Source: a virus
Virus record (IMG/VR): IMGVR_UViG_3300008266_000006
Span: 1-64,000 of that record
Reading direction: 5' to 3' (one strand)
Length of the DNA: 64,000 bases
Shown here: positions 19,817 to 30,783 of the stretch, in pieces
Position numbering within the stretch: the first letter of the stretch is position 1
Layout of the letters: every line of letters starts with the position of its first letter
Made by a program: the position numbers and the translations under genes
Notes under the pieces: model-generated
Database searches by the model: none
What the model saw: only the letters and a program-made list of their open reading frames with translations
Told to the model about the DNA's origin: nothing

Positions 19817-20194
19817 ATGAAAAAGATTATTTTATCAGCTCTTGTTGTTCTTTCTTTGTCCGCTTGCGGTAAAGAAACTGTAAGAGAAGTGCTAGTTACT
19901 ACTCCACCAACTGAAGCACCAGCTGTAGAAGTTAATAAATACGATCAGTATTTAGAAGTTCTTTATAATGAATCAGCTCAAGCTCGTTCTTGGGACGAAG
20001 CTGACCTATTAGAATTCGGTACTGTTGTATGTGAATCATTTGATAATGGCGCAACACTTGATACTGTTCTTACTACTATGTCTAATTACTCATCAGGTAA
20101 ATATGATGATGAGTTATTTGCAGCCGTTATTGCTGCTGCTGTGATGCATCTTTGCCCAGAATGGCAAGCATACGTCAGTGCACAACTTTCATGA
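19817..20194 (+). CDS. DUF732-like lipoprotein
   Basis: lipobox LSAC; G-x-x-VC...AAVMHLCP. Confidence 0.7.
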   Translation: MKKIILSALVVLSLSACGKETVREVLVTTPPTEAPAVEVNKYDQYLEVLYNESAQARSWDEADLLEFGTVVCESFDNGATLDTVLTTMSNYSSGKYDDELFAAVIAAAVMHLCPEWQAYVSAQLS

Positions 20195-20450
20195 TAGTAG
20201 CGCATCAATCCGTTGGGAATGATAGAAATAAATGCGTACTGTAACTTCCCGTTACGGACCTCTATCACTACTATCACCTTTTAAAGGCGTTACCAATGAT
20301 TACTTATGAAGACATTATTTCTAAAATAGAACGTTCAATAAAACTTAGAGATGAATCTGAAGCTAATGGTGAAGTCACTTATTATTATTGGGACGGATAC
20401 ATAGACGCTTTAGAGTCTATAGTAGATCAATTTCTTACTGAGTAATTTAA

Positions 20451-20523
20451 GGGCCGTTAGCTCAGCGGTTAGAGCAGGGCACTCATAATGCCTTGGCCGT
20501 AGGTTCGATCCCTACACGGCCCA
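20451..20523 (+). tRNA. tRNA with CAT anticodon (Ile2 or elongator Met)
   Basis: GGGCA-CT-CAT-AA-TGCCT; paired G1-C72, so not an initiator. Confidence 0.9.
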
Positions 20524-21038
20524 CTATGAAAAAGAAATCTAAAAAACAAGGACACAAACCTCCTGTTGAAAATGTGTATTCTTTAGAAACACTTGTTTCA
20601 ACTTTTATTCCATCAGCTGATTTTGATTATGACAATGATGGTCAGATCATTATTTATACAAATCTTTATACAGATGATGATGGTAACTTGTTGCAGAAGG
20701 TAGTTTTATGAACAAGCGCATAGGTGCAATCACAGAAAACCCTAGTCTTGTTTGTAAAAGATGCGTATTAGATAATAACCATACGGTTACTGTATGGGCT
20801 TGGTCTATTGGTTATCCTAATGGCTATACTTGTGATGATTGTGGAGATGTCTACAATAAACAAGGAAAGGTTGTAGAGCACCCGTGAAGAAGTTAAACAT
20901 TAAACATTTTGTTCGTTTGTACAAAATGAATCGTCTATGGGGCGATGGTGTTTTAGAAGCTTCATACTATGCTTTACGTGGAAAAGCATTTACTGTACAG
21001 TTCCAATCACGTCTTAAAAAAGATGACGAAAAACCTTT

Positions 21039-21305
21039 ATGAAAAAACTGCTATTGTTTCCTATTGTTATTATATTATCTTCTTGTTCAATTATTTCTGC
21101 TCCTTGGACTCAAGAAAAGATTGATAAGCTTCGTCAAGAGTTCTGCGTTGACCTTATGGGTGAACGTTCAGATTCCCAATCTTGTGATTGTTTCATAGAA
21201 GCAACTAGAAGAGAATATAAAACATTTACCTCTTTTGCTAGATCTAATGGACCATCAGAACAGTACCGTGAAGAACTTTTATGGTGCGGTTATGTGCTCC
21301 AGTAG
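21039..21305 (+). CDS. lipoprotein
   Basis: lipobox LSSC. Confidence 0.65.
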   Translation: MKKLLLFPIVIILSSCSIISAPWTQEKIDKLRQEFCVDLMGERSDSQSCDCFIEATRREYKTFTSFARSNGPSEQYREELLWCGYVLQ

Positions 21306-21615
21306 ATTAGTGTAGCTACAAAATACAAAACTATCTTATAAGGATATGATATGATAACTTTATCTTTACCTAAAGTCTCAGACAATTATTTTGGACAGTC
21401 TTTATCTGTTGAAAATATTTCTGTTGGCGACATTTTGTTTGTTGGACCAAGTCCAATTGCAACTCCAACACAAGTAAAAGAAATTATTCCTCAGCCAATT
21501 GGTTACACAATCATTACTGATGATTTTAAACTACTTGTTGCTCAAAACACGCGTCTAAGCGTAAAGGCTAAATAATAATCTTTTTCACAAAGTTCTTACA
21601 AAAAAGGATATTTTT

Positions 21616-22101
21616 ATGGGAATGGATGTTTACGGTAGAAACCCAAAAAACGAAACAGGTGAATACTTTCGCCGCAACGTATGGGGATGGCATCCTCTAT
21701 GGGAATACTGCCAAGATGCTCATCCTGAAATTGCTAATAAAGTAGAACATGGACATAGCAATAGTGGAGATGGTCTAGGATCTCGTGATTCAGTCAAGCT
21801 TGCTAAACTAATGAAAGAAGATATTCGTTCTGGTTTTGCTGAAAAGTATATTAAAGATCGTCAAGAACATCTTGACGCTCTACCCTTAGAGGATTGTACA
21901 TATTGTAATACTACAGGCAAAAGAACTTGGAAAGCTGGTGAAGGTCCTAATGATACCAGCCAAGTTCAAATTAAAACCTGTAATGCTTGTCATGGAGAAG
22001 GTAAAGTAAAAAACTGGTCTTCTAACTACTACTTAGATTTAGATGACATAAAAGATTTTGCAGAATTTCTGGAAAACTCTGGCGGATTTAATATTCATTA
22101 A
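21616..22101 (+). CDS. protein with DnaJ-type zinc-finger repeats
   Basis: CTYCNTTG and CNACHGEG. Confidence 0.7.
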   Translation: MGMDVYGRNPKNETGEYFRRNVWGWHPLWEYCQDAHPEIANKVEHGHSNSGDGLGSRDSVKLAKLMKEDIRSGFAEKYIKDRQEHLDALPLEDCTYCNTTGKRTWKAGEGPNDTSQVQIKTCNACHGEGKVKNWSSNYYLDLDDIKDFAEFLENSGGFNIH

Positions 22102-22289
22102 TATGATATAATAGGGACTATGAACATGTCGCAACCTAAAATGGGTTATGAAACCTTGATTTCTGAAACGTTTACATCTGCACAGATTAAACGCATTCGT
22201 GAGCAAGACGCTATTGATCAGCGTCAAAAAGCCAAGGCACAAAAAGCAGCTGCTAAGGCAGCAAAAAGACAAGTTCGAATATAAAGCTC

Positions 22290-22364
22290 ACCGCACGGGT
22301 GAGCTGGTCGAACACAGATGTCTTATAAACATCCATTTGCTGGGTTCAATTCCCAGGTGCGGTA
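22290..22364 (+). tRNA. tRNA-Ile(TAT)
   Basis: ACCGCAC/GTGCGGT acceptor stem, GATGT-CT-TAT-AA-ACATC, GGTTCAATTCC; atypical D-arm. Confidence 0.8.
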
Positions 22365-22409
22365 CTGTGTTTGAAAAGTACTGTAATATATTTATGATAT
22401 GGAGTATTT

Positions 22410-23045
22410 ATGTATAACGATTTTATGTCTAGCAATGACGATGACTTATTTAGTTCTGAGTCTTCTTCAAAAGAGTCACCTAAAAGTTCAGATGAGATTT
22501 TTAAAGACATTGAGAAAATGCTCAAAGATAAGCCATCTGATTTCTTTAATGAAGTAGAGATAACTTCTAGAATTGTAAACTCTTTTAATGATTCTGCGAA
22601 TCGATATATTTTTGCAACTGATTCTTATAATCGTTCTATATTTGACGAGCTAAACTCTATTACAAGTGGCAAATTCTCTTATCGGGTTTATGCCGATATT
22701 TTAGAAGAGTCACTTGCAAGAAGATTTATTGTATTTGATTTTCTTAAAATTTTAGCTAGCGCAAAAGATGAAAGACTATTAAAGTTTTTCACTCAAAAAA
22801 TGAAACTTAATATTGATTCTCGTTTTGTCAATACTTATGTGACATCTTTAATTGAAATGCTAAATTTTGCTATTGATTACAATATAGAAATTTATATTAA
22901 AGTATGTCAAAAAATTGACAGAACTCCACTGCAACCTATTATTGATAGAGATATTGATAACGTTGATTTAAATCTTTTAGATTCAGATCAATATATTAAT
23001 AAGTATTTTTCTGTTATTCGCACTGAGATAGGATTTGACTTTTAA
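22410..23045 (+). CDS. hypothetical protein
   Basis: GGAG RBS, 211 aa. Confidence 0.7.
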   Translation: MYNDFMSSNDDDLFSSESSSKESPKSSDEIFKDIEKMLKDKPSDFFNEVEITSRIVNSFNDSANRYIFATDSYNRSIFDELNSITSGKFSYRVYADILEESLARRFIVFDFLKILASAKDERLLKFFTQKMKLNIDSRFVNTYVTSLIEMLNFAIDYNIEIYIKVCQKIDRTPLQPIIDRDIDNVDLNLLDSDQYINKYFSVIRTEIGFDF

Positions 23046-23046
23046 T

Positions 23047-23433
23047 ATGGCTTTAACTTCTAACAGTAATTTTTCTGATCATCAAACTCGAGTTATATTG
23101 CATATGTCTGATTGGCGTTCTGAGGCTAAATGTAAGTCTGTAGATACCCAATCTTTTTATGATACAGAAGAATCTGTTATGAAGAAGCAGGCTGCCAAGT
23201 ATTGCCCTAGCTGTCCTGTACAAAATCAGTGTTTGTATACTGCTATAGTCATTCATGAAAAGCATGGTGTCTGGGGTGGCTTAACCCCTAAGCAAAGAAA
23301 ATCTTTAATAAGAAATTTAAAACTTATTGCTCGTTCCAAAGGACTAGACTTAGACATTTGGAACAAAGATGTTGATAATCTTATTTTTCAACATACGAAC
23401 CTTCAAACGGCTTATAATATAATTAATAATTAG
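23047..23433 (+). CDS. whiB: WhiB-family transcription factor
   Basis: W-x4-C...CPSCPVQNQC...GVWGG. Confidence 0.9.
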   Translation: MALTSNSNFSDHQTRVILHMSDWRSEAKCKSVDTQSFYDTEESVMKKQAAKYCPSCPVQNQCLYTAIVIHEKHGVWGGLTPKQRKSLIRNLKLIARSKGLDLDIWNKDVDNLIFQHTNLQTAYNIINN

Positions 23434-23444
23434 ATTGGAGTTTT

Positions 23445-23840
23445 ATGACTTCTTATCCAGAGAAGGTCCCCCAATCTGCGCCAATTAAAAACTTTTATTT
23501 CAGTTTAGACGCAGCTGCCGACTCTAAAACAGAGATTAAAAATCAAATTTCTATTTTAGAAGAACGGATAGAAAAAATCATTCAACATTTTACTGTTGAT
23601 GATATGCCAATTATCAGATTCATTTTAAATATGACTCATGATAAAGAGATTATAAAAGGTCTTTCTAAAGCCTTAGATAGAGCTTCAGATCTTGTTGAGC
23701 ATCTCGATAATCTTTCTTCAAAGTTGAAGGTCATCGAGCATGCTGAATCAGACCCTTCTTGGTTTGCTTATACTTTTGGTGATTTTTCTAGTTCTATTGA
23801 TAATGATTTAAAAGATATATTTGGAGATAACAATGGCTGA
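23445..23840 (+). CDS. hypothetical coiled-coil protein
   Basis: GGAG RBS. Confidence 0.7.
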   Translation: MTSYPEKVPQSAPIKNFYFSLDAAADSKTEIKNQISILEERIEKIIQHFTVDDMPIIRFILNMTHDKEIIKGLSKALDRASDLVEHLDNLSSKLKVIEHAESDPSWFAYTFGDFSSSIDNDLKDIFGDNNG

Positions 23841-25734
23841 TAGCTTTAATTACGCACTTACACTTAATGATAATGGTGTATATGTATTGCGTTCCACAGT
23901 AGAAAGTTTTAATTTACAGCAAGTTACTGATAAAGATATCATTTCTTTTTATCAAAACTTTTCTAACTCAGCTGTATTTGATACTGGTTTATTACCTTTA
24001 GATGGAACTGGTGTTTTGGCTATTCGTGCTGCAGGTAACCACATGCAGGTTACCGTTCAGCACAAGCCAGGTCTTTACTATATCAATTGGGGAGAATATG
24101 AAGGCCAATCCGGTGCTAAAACTTATACTTTAGCTCAGCCTTACCGAATTATTATAGGCGACTTTGTTGATGGTCAACTTCTTGGCGCTAGAATGTTTTA
24201 TTCTCCTTATCCAATTACCCATCCAGACATGCCTTTATACCATGTTAATCTTCCAAACATCAACTGCAAAGGTTACCGTGGCAATGGTGTAGGTTGGATA
24301 TGTTTATATCTAAAAGAAGATTGGTCAAATCTTCCTTTAAATGAAAAGATCTCTCGTTTTATTGAACGCTGTTCTGGTGTCGAAACATACAACGACGCTA
24401 ATATGAGTGAAACAGATGGTCCTCGTTTTTACCAACAAAAACTTGAAGATAATATGGATGAAGATCTTTCTTATCTTTGGAACCCTCAGAAATGGCAAGA
24501 CAAAAGTCTTAATGAGGGCTTTGATTGGACCTTAAATGAAAATCTTTGGATTCCGGTTAAAGTTCAATCTATTGACAATCAAAACAATCACGATGATAAC
24601 GGCATTCCTCTTACTTTATCAGGTGCTTTACTTGGTAATTATAGAGCTTATTATACTGACGATAATATCCCTAAGTTTTATAATGTTGTAGCTCGTGAAG
24701 ATCTTAATCTTTCAAATGAACAAGTTGCTAAGTTTGTTAAGAAGTCTTTTTCACAATCTGCTGCAATCTATAGCTATAATAATCTTTCCAATCCTTTGTC
24801 TTCTACTTTAAAATCTAGAGAAGATAAATCAAATTCTTCACCACAATTACCTTTTGAAGAAGATGAAAGTGAAGATGAATTATTTACTTGTGTTTCATGC
24901 GACAGTACCTATACTGAATCTGATATAACATATGATGTTAATGGTGAACCAGTATGTTCTAGTTGCATAACTGAACATTATGTTTATTTAGAGAGCTTAC
25001 AAGAATATTATCATACTAGTGATGATAATCTTTATTATGATGAAGCTAAATCAACCTATTATCACACGTCTTATGACACAGTAAAGATTTGTGATAATTG
25101 TGATACTGTTTACTGCGAGCAGGGTAATTCAGTAGCAGTTCCTGTTTATGATTTTGCAACTCCTAAAGGTGAGGTATTTCAATACTGCAACAGTTGTATT
25201 GAATCTGTTGCTAAAGATAACAATCTTACCGTTGTTTCTTGCAGTTGTGGTAGCACTAAACATATTTCTGAGTTTATAGAATATACCCTTTCAACCTTGT
25301 ACATTAAGAAGTTTCTTCTTCCTAAACTTATTTGGTCTACAAATTCTAATCCACAAACAGATGAACCAAGCCCTGTAAGTCATGAAGTTGCTTTTGAATA
25401 TACAGATACTACACTTATATATTGCCCTAAATGTGTAGATAAATCCACCATGCTTCACCAGACTTGTCCATGTGGATCTTTGGTTGATTCTTCTGATATT
25501 CTAAAATGCTCTTTAACACCAGTCACTGTTGGTGATTCTCAATATCAAGTTGCAGCTGCTTGTGCATCTTGCATTGGCAATATCAAGCCTACTGATAATG
25601 GATACCATATTGGAGAATATATTCCTAAAGTTTCTTATCAGCTAGATAAAGCTATTGAATCTGGAGTTATTTTAAATTCTCCTTATGTCGTTCCAGATTC
25701 TTTGGTTGACAAAGAAAACAATGAACCATTTTAA
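23833..25734 (+). CDS. prokaryotic E2 (family D / PRTRC-B-like) domain with Cys-rich C-terminus
   Basis: LYHVNLPNINC...GWICL motif; many CxxC pairs after about aa 350; operon with JAB, E1 and Ubl genes. Confidence 0.65.
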   Translation: MADSFNYALTLNDNGVYVLRSTVESFNLQQVTDKDIISFYQNFSNSAVFDTGLLPLDGTGVLAIRAAGNHMQVTVQHKPGLYYINWGEYEGQSGAKTYTLAQPYRIIIGDFVDGQLLGARMFYSPYPITHPDMPLYHVNLPNINCKGYRGNGVGWICLYLKEDWSNLPLNEKISRFIERCSGVETYNDANMSETDGPRFYQQKLEDNMDEDLSYLWNPQKWQDKSLNEGFDWTLNENLWIPVKVQSIDNQNNHDDNGIPLTLSGALLGNYRAYYTDDNIPKFYNVVAREDLNLSNEQVAKFVKKSFSQSAAIYSYNNLSNPLSSTLKSREDKSNSSPQLPFEEDESEDELFTCVSCDSTYTESDITYDVNGEPVCSSCITEHYVYLESLQEYYHTSDDNLYYDEAKSTYYHTSYDTVKICDNCDTVYCEQGNSVAVPVYDFATPKGEVFQYCNSCIESVAKDNNLTVVSCSCGSTKHISEFIEYTLSTLYIKKFLLPKLIWSTNSNPQTDEPSPVSHEVAFEYTDTTLIYCPKCVDKSTMLHQTCPCGSLVDSSDILKCSLTPVTVGDSQYQVAAACASCIGNIKPTDNGYHIGEYIPKVSYQLDKAIESGVILNSPYVVPDSLVDKENNEPF

Positions 25735-25773
25735 TTATACACAAAAACTAAACCTATTGGATATTGGAGTTTT

Positions 25774-27444
25774 ATGACTGACACAGTAGAAGTACAACCA
25801 CTAAAACTAGAAGATTTAAACTATTTTTGGACTACATCAGGTCTGCCATGTTTTTACGCAAACCGTGATAACATTGAAGATATAGTTGAATCTTTGGGTT
25901 TTAATATATATTATCTTATTTGCAATATTGCAGAAGATAAAAAAGTAACAACTTCCACCACAACTTACACAAATGGAGTTGCCACAACAAGTCCACAGTA
26001 TACAACAGAACTTACAACTGGTATTGTTAAAGTTGTTAATAATATTGTTGGTCGTTCTGTTTCAGCTGTTTCTGATGACATTTCTGAATTGACTCCAATT
26101 CGTGAATCTGGTGCATACCACATGCCAGCAATTCCAAGAATTATAGTTGATAAACTTGATGAGTTTTTCAGACTTGTTGATGCACAACACGGCACAGAAT
26201 CAATTGTATTACTAACTTTTGATCCATCAAAAGATGATTCATCTGGCTGGGGAGTTTTAGTTCCAGACCAGACAAATACTGCTGTGCATTGCAACTACAA
26301 TCCAGATTCTATTGTAGAAGAGAAGCCTGATAATGTTTTGATTGTCGGCTCAGTGCATTCACACCCTGGAATGGCTGCTTATGCATCAGGTACTGATCAT
26401 TCTGATCAAGCAGACTTTGATGGCTTACACATCACTTATGGCTGGCAAAAGACCGTAAATAATGGTGCTACTCAATATCATATTGAAATGCAGATGAGTG
26501 GAACTAGCTGGACATTAAAACCAGAGGATGTTTTTGAAACTTTTAGTATCAAAAAGGAACCGGATCCTGATGTCGTTGAATGGTCTGGTAAAGTAAAAAA
26601 AGCACTCCCCCCGCTGCAGTCGCAGGCGGGGGTTTATACAACAAGCCCAGCTACTCCGCCAGCACCTTATCGTCCAGCCCCTCAAACTACTCCTACTACG
26701 GGTCTTGGTACTCATAAGCAATCTAAGCCAGATATTAAAACAAATGGTAATTACATCTTAGTTGCGGAAATAGATCCAGCAGTAGAAAGTTTGCCATGCC
26801 CAAATTGTGATCATATCAATACTGCATATGATATGCAAGTTGGCTATTGCAAAGTTTGTGATATTCCTTTTGTTTCTGCTGGTGACACTATTGATGAAAT
26901 AATGATTCAAATTAAATGGTATTTGAATTGTCGTTACATCTCTGAAGATACAATTGTTTATCTTTGGTCAAAAGATCCAAGTATCAAAGAAGAAATAGTT
27001 ATGAATGTCGGTACTGTTAAATTCTTAAATGACACAGATACCGAATTTATATATACATCTAAAGAATCTGATAATAAAACTGTTTTAGATTATTCTGAAG
27101 ATAGTTTTTATGATTCAGATCTTGAGTCATTTGATCCAGATTTAACAGTTTGCTGTGGAACAAATATACTAAATGGGAATTGCACTTGTGAACTTCCAGT
27201 TTTATATGAGGACACTGTAGACTTTGAAGATGCTCACGATGGAAAAGATATCTATGATTGGACATCAAAATGTCTTGAATGTAAGTTTTATTCTGGCCCT
27301 GGTTGCAGAGACTATGTTGATGCAGTCATAGATTATGCCACTAATCGTAACTTACTTAAAACAACCATCAAAGAGTGTGATTCTTTTCAAAATTACAGAG
27401 ACTTTGATTCATATGCGGAAACAACTTACAGAGGATATTTATGA
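25774..27444 (+). CDS. JAB/MPN metalloprotease with Cys-rich C-terminus
   Basis: GTES...HSHPGMAAYASGTD JAMM motif. Confidence 0.85.
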   Translation: MTDTVEVQPLKLEDLNYFWTTSGLPCFYANRDNIEDIVESLGFNIYYLICNIAEDKKVTTSTTTYTNGVATTSPQYTTELTTGIVKVVNNIVGRSVSAVSDDISELTPIRESGAYHMPAIPRIIVDKLDEFFRLVDAQHGTESIVLLTFDPSKDDSSGWGVLVPDQTNTAVHCNYNPDSIVEEKPDNVLIVGSVHSHPGMAAYASGTDHSDQADFDGLHITYGWQKTVNNGATQYHIEMQMSGTSWTLKPEDVFETFSIKKEPDPDVVEWSGKVKKALPPLQSQAGVYTTSPATPPAPYRPAPQTTPTTGLGTHKQSKPDIKTNGNYILVAEIDPAVESLPCPNCDHINTAYDMQVGYCKVCDIPFVSAGDTIDEIMIQIKWYLNCRYISEDTIVYLWSKDPSIKEEIVMNVGTVKFLNDTDTEFIYTSKESDNKTVLDYSEDSFYDSDLESFDPDLTVCCGTNILNGNCTCELPVLYEDTVDFEDAHDGKDIYDWTSKCLECKFYSGPGCRDYVDAVIDYATNRNLLKTTIKECDSFQNYRDFDSYAETTYRGYL

Positions 27445-28196
27445 GCAACAACCCAAAAAGAGTTATAGTTGTAGGAGCAGGCGGCATAGGCACTTGGCTT
27501 TGTGCTGGCTTAGTCAGAATGCTTGAGTGGAAGTTTCCTGGTTCTGCACTTATCATCGTCGACGGTGATAATTATGAAGCCAAAAACTTAGAACGCCAAG
27601 ACTTTACGCAAATTGGCAATAAAGCTTCAGTTAAAGCTTTAGAACTTTCTAAGCAATTTTCAGAGACAAATATATTTCCATTGCCGAAATGGGTTGTTTC
27701 TGATAACTTTGAACAAGCTTCTGATGACAATAGTAATAAAATTAAAGCTTCAGATCTTATATCTGAAAACGATATAGTTATTGCCGTTGTTGATAACTTT
27801 GCTGCTAGAAAAGTATTGTTTGATGCAGCAAGTAAAATTGACAATGTTGATGTTTTTACTGGCGGCAATGATGACAATCTTTTCGGCTCTGTGTATCATT
27901 ATCAAAGACGAAATGGACACGATGTTACTGCTCATCCTGCAACAACACATGACGAGTATCTAAACCCACCAGATAGAAATCCTGGTGAATTGTCTTGTCA
28001 GGAAAGAGCAGAACTTGAAGGTGGCACTCAAGTATTAGCCACTAATATGGCAGTAGCTGCCTTCATTCTTGGTCGGATACAAAAAACCATTGTTTCCGAC
28101 CAAAGTCCTGAAGAAACTGAGATCTACTTTGATCTTGGTTTAGGAATGTCTCAGCCATACAACCGTATGGTTGAACAACAATTAATAACCACATAA
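27441..28196 (+). CDS. ThiF/E1-like activating enzyme
   Basis: VGAGGIG, DGD-x-YEAKNLERQ, VDNFAAR, candidate catalytic LSCQE. Confidence 0.9.
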   Translation: MSNNPKRVIVVGAGGIGTWLCAGLVRMLEWKFPGSALIIVDGDNYEAKNLERQDFTQIGNKASVKALELSKQFSETNIFPLPKWVVSDNFEQASDDNSNKIKASDLISENDIVIAVVDNFAARKVLFDAASKIDNVDVFTGGNDDNLFGSVYHYQRRNGHDVTAHPATTHDEYLNPPDRNPGELSCQERAELEGGTQVLATNMAVAAFILGRIQKTIVSDQSPEETEIYFDLGLGMSQPYNRMVEQQLITT

Positions 28197-28213
28197 ACTT
28201 GGAGGATAATCCT

Positions 28214-28468
28214 ATGGAAAACCAAGCACAATCATCACAGCAGAACATACCTGCTGGTCAGCCAGCAAACGTCCGTTTCGGCGTTTACAGCCAGCCAGCA
28301 CCAGTTTCTGGAAAGACAGTTGGCGAAGTTCGTCAACAGTTTTCTAAAATCTGGGGTATTTCAAACGATGCAGTTGCATACAAGGGTAAAGACAAGCTTG
28401 ATGAGAATTATGTCATCCAGCCTGGTGACAACCTTGAATTTCACCGCCGTTCAGGCGAAAAGGGCTGA
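28214..28468 (+). CDS. ubiquitin-like beta-grasp protein
   Basis: GKTVGEVR...YVIQPGDNLEFHRRSGEKG with C-terminal Gly; GGAGG RBS. Confidence 0.8.
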   Translation: MENQAQSSQQNIPAGQPANVRFGVYSQPAPVSGKTVGEVRQQFSKIWGISNDAVAYKGKDKLDENYVIQPGDNLEFHRRSGEKG

Positions 28469-28484
28469 TTAGCCCTTTAAGATC

Positions 28485-28528
28485 GTGGGGGAGAGTGCTT
28501 TGATCGGGCACTTTCCCCCACATTTTTT
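28485..28528 (+). terminator. intrinsic terminator after Ubl gene
   Basis: GTGGGGGAGAGTGC/GCACTTTCCCCCAC followed by a T-run. Confidence 0.8.
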
Positions 28529-28564
28529 CTAAAGGCTATACTTTATAATTATATTGGAGATATC

Positions 28565-30151
28565 ATGTTGTACCAACAAATGCAGTTGGGAGTTCCAGCT
28601 CTTTGGATCCAAACCAAAGATTTTATAAGAGTTTCTGAACTTGTATTAAAATTCAAGTCTAGAAACTATTACACAATCACAAACGGTGCCTTTTCATTAT
28701 ATGCTGACGGTAAATGGAAACCAATTCTAGTAAAACTTACAGATCCAAGTACTTCTGACACTATTGAAACAACAACTGATAATATTGCTGTCGCAATTGA
28801 TTATGTTGAAAATCAACCAAATAAATCATCTTCCACATTCATTATAAACTCTTTAGAAGACCCTAAGAAAACAGCTTCTGAAATATCTGGACTTATAAAC
28901 CATTTGTCTTCTATATATCGTTCTTCTTTTATGAGTGATGATATTTCCGCAATGCCATATCAAGTTATTATTCTTTCTCCACATGTATGTCCAGAAGAGT
29001 ATAGCTTTTTGTTTGTTAGCATTGAAGATACATATCCTTCATTTGAAGATCTCGTTGAAATTGTTACACATATGCATTCTTCAACTAATGGAGAAATTGT
29101 TGACATTACTAAAGCAAAAGAAATTGCGAAAGCAGGTTTGGGTTTAAATGAATTTTCTTTCATTAACTATTGTCTTTTGTCAGTTCTTAATACTGGCAAA
29201 GTTAATCCTGAGTATGTTTACAAATCTAAAATGGCTAATGTCAAAAAGAACGGCATCCTAGAGATTATTAAACCGAAAATTACATTTGATTCTATTGGTG
29301 GTCTTGATAATATCAAGCAAGTAATTGAACGCAATGTATTTTTCTGGCAAAACCCACAAGAAGCCGAACGTTATGGCATAACACCAATTAGAAGAATACT
29401 TACTGTGGGTGTTCCAGGTACTGGTAAGTCTGCAATTTGTGAGGCTACTGCCAACGCTTTAAATCTTGATCTTGCGAGAACTGGTGTTAGCCAAGTTATG
29501 AATTCTTTTGTTGGTCAATCAGAAGCAAACATGCGTGCAGTCTTTCAGCAAATTAAAGTAATGGCTCCACTTTGTGTATGGATTGACGAGTTTGGTCGTG
29601 ATCTTTCAGGTGGTGCTAGCTCTTCTCATGTAGATGGTGGCACCACAGATCGTGTTCACGGTGAATTCTTAACTGGCTTGCAAGAACTTCCAGATAATGT
29701 TTTCTTGATGTGTGCTGCAAATCAGCTTGATAATCTTCGTCCAGAAATGCTTCGTGCAGAGCGTTTCGACAAGATATTCTTTGTTGGATTGCCAGCTTTT
29801 GAAGAACGAATTTCTATTATTAAAATTTATCTTCCTGAAGGTGATTTTAATTATGAGATTATTGCTCGAGCTACAAAGTATTTTACTGGTGCAGAAATCA
29901 AATCTTTGATCAAGCATGTAAAATTTGATGTTGTGTCTACTTTCCGTAGACCAGTTACAACAGAGGATATTGTTTCTCGTGTTCCAACTATGAGAAATAT
30001 TCTTTGGAATAAAGATAAAGAAATGATTAAGAATTTGTATCGATTAGCTTATGACCAATGGGATTGGGCTTCTACTTTACAACTCAATGACATTGATGAT
30101 ATACTTGGTAATCGTGTACAAAACACTGATTCTTGGGAAGTTAAAATATAG
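28565..30151 (+). CDS. AAA+ ATPase (Ycf46/CDC48-like)
   Basis: IGGLDNIK, GVPGTGKS, WIDE, RAERFD. Confidence 0.9.
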   Translation: MLYQQMQLGVPALWIQTKDFIRVSELVLKFKSRNYYTITNGAFSLYADGKWKPILVKLTDPSTSDTIETTTDNIAVAIDYVENQPNKSSSTFIINSLEDPKKTASEISGLINHLSSIYRSSFMSDDISAMPYQVIILSPHVCPEEYSFLFVSIEDTYPSFEDLVEIVTHMHSSTNGEIVDITKAKEIAKAGLGLNEFSFINYCLLSVLNTGKVNPEYVYKSKMANVKKNGILEIIKPKITFDSIGGLDNIKQVIERNVFFWQNPQEAERYGITPIRRILTVGVPGTGKSAICEATANALNLDLARTGVSQVMNSFVGQSEANMRAVFQQIKVMAPLCVWIDEFGRDLSGGASSSHVDGGTTDRVHGEFLTGLQELPDNVFLMCAANQLDNLRPEMLRAERFDKIFFVGLPAFEERISIIKIYLPEGDFNYEIIARATKYFTGAEIKSLIKHVKFDVVSTFRRPVTTEDIVSRVPTMRNILWNKDKEMIKNLYRLAYDQWDWASTLQLNDIDDILGNRVQNTDSWEVKI

Positions 30152-30162
30152 AAAGGACAACT

Positions 30163-30783
30163 ATGTCTTCATTTGATAATTCTGTCGAAGAGTTTTTAGA
30201 GAACTTAACACAGGATCCATCTCAGACTGAAAAGAAAGAATATGATGCTCCACTTTATAAGAAGTGGTTTCGTTCTAAGACGCAAAGCGGCTTTCTTTCA
30301 ATTCGTCCATGGTTTGTTGGTATGAAGTTTAATATTGATATCGGCAAGACATCAGCAGATGGAAAGTTGGAAAGTAGCACTTCTTGTTTTGTTGATGCAG
30401 TTGACTTTGCTGCCTATTTAAAATCTGTAGTTAATGGCACTGCTTCTATCAACTACCCAGCAAATGAACGCACAGGAACAACAACTCCTGAGGGCTTTGT
30501 TTCTTATGGTGGAGCTATTATTAATAATCAACCAGTTAGTAGAATATTAAAGATTCAATACTGGACTTCTAACGATGCTTTTGACACTACTGCTTTTATT
30601 TGGAAGTCTGGTCATTTTAAAGCTCGTAAGTCTGATAGCGGTGCTTTTATTCCAGATATGAAATCACCTATTTCAGTTGATTCTATCAAAGTTTCTCGTC
30701 AAGAAATGGTTGGCATTTCTTATTTACTTGATCTTTGCTTGCAATCACATGTTACAAACAATGTAGATTGGTATGATGTATGA
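30163..30783 (+). CDS. hypothetical protein
   Basis: AAAGGA RBS, 206 aa. Confidence 0.7.
   Translation: MSSFDNSVEEFLENLTQDPSQTEKKEYDAPLYKKWFRSKTQSGFLSIRPWFVGMKFNIDIGKTSADGKLESSTSCFVDAVDFAAYLKSVVNGTASINYPANERTGTTTPEGFVSYGGAIINNQPVSRILKIQYWTSNDAFDTTAFIWKSGHFKARKSDSGAFIPDMKSPISVDSIKVSRQEMVGISYLLDLCLQSHVTNNVDWYDV

Noticed and set aside
27441-28468. ThiF/ThiS or MoeB/MoaD cofactor biosynthesis
   Set aside because: No thiG or moaE genes; JAB, E2-like and AAA neighbours favour protein conjugation
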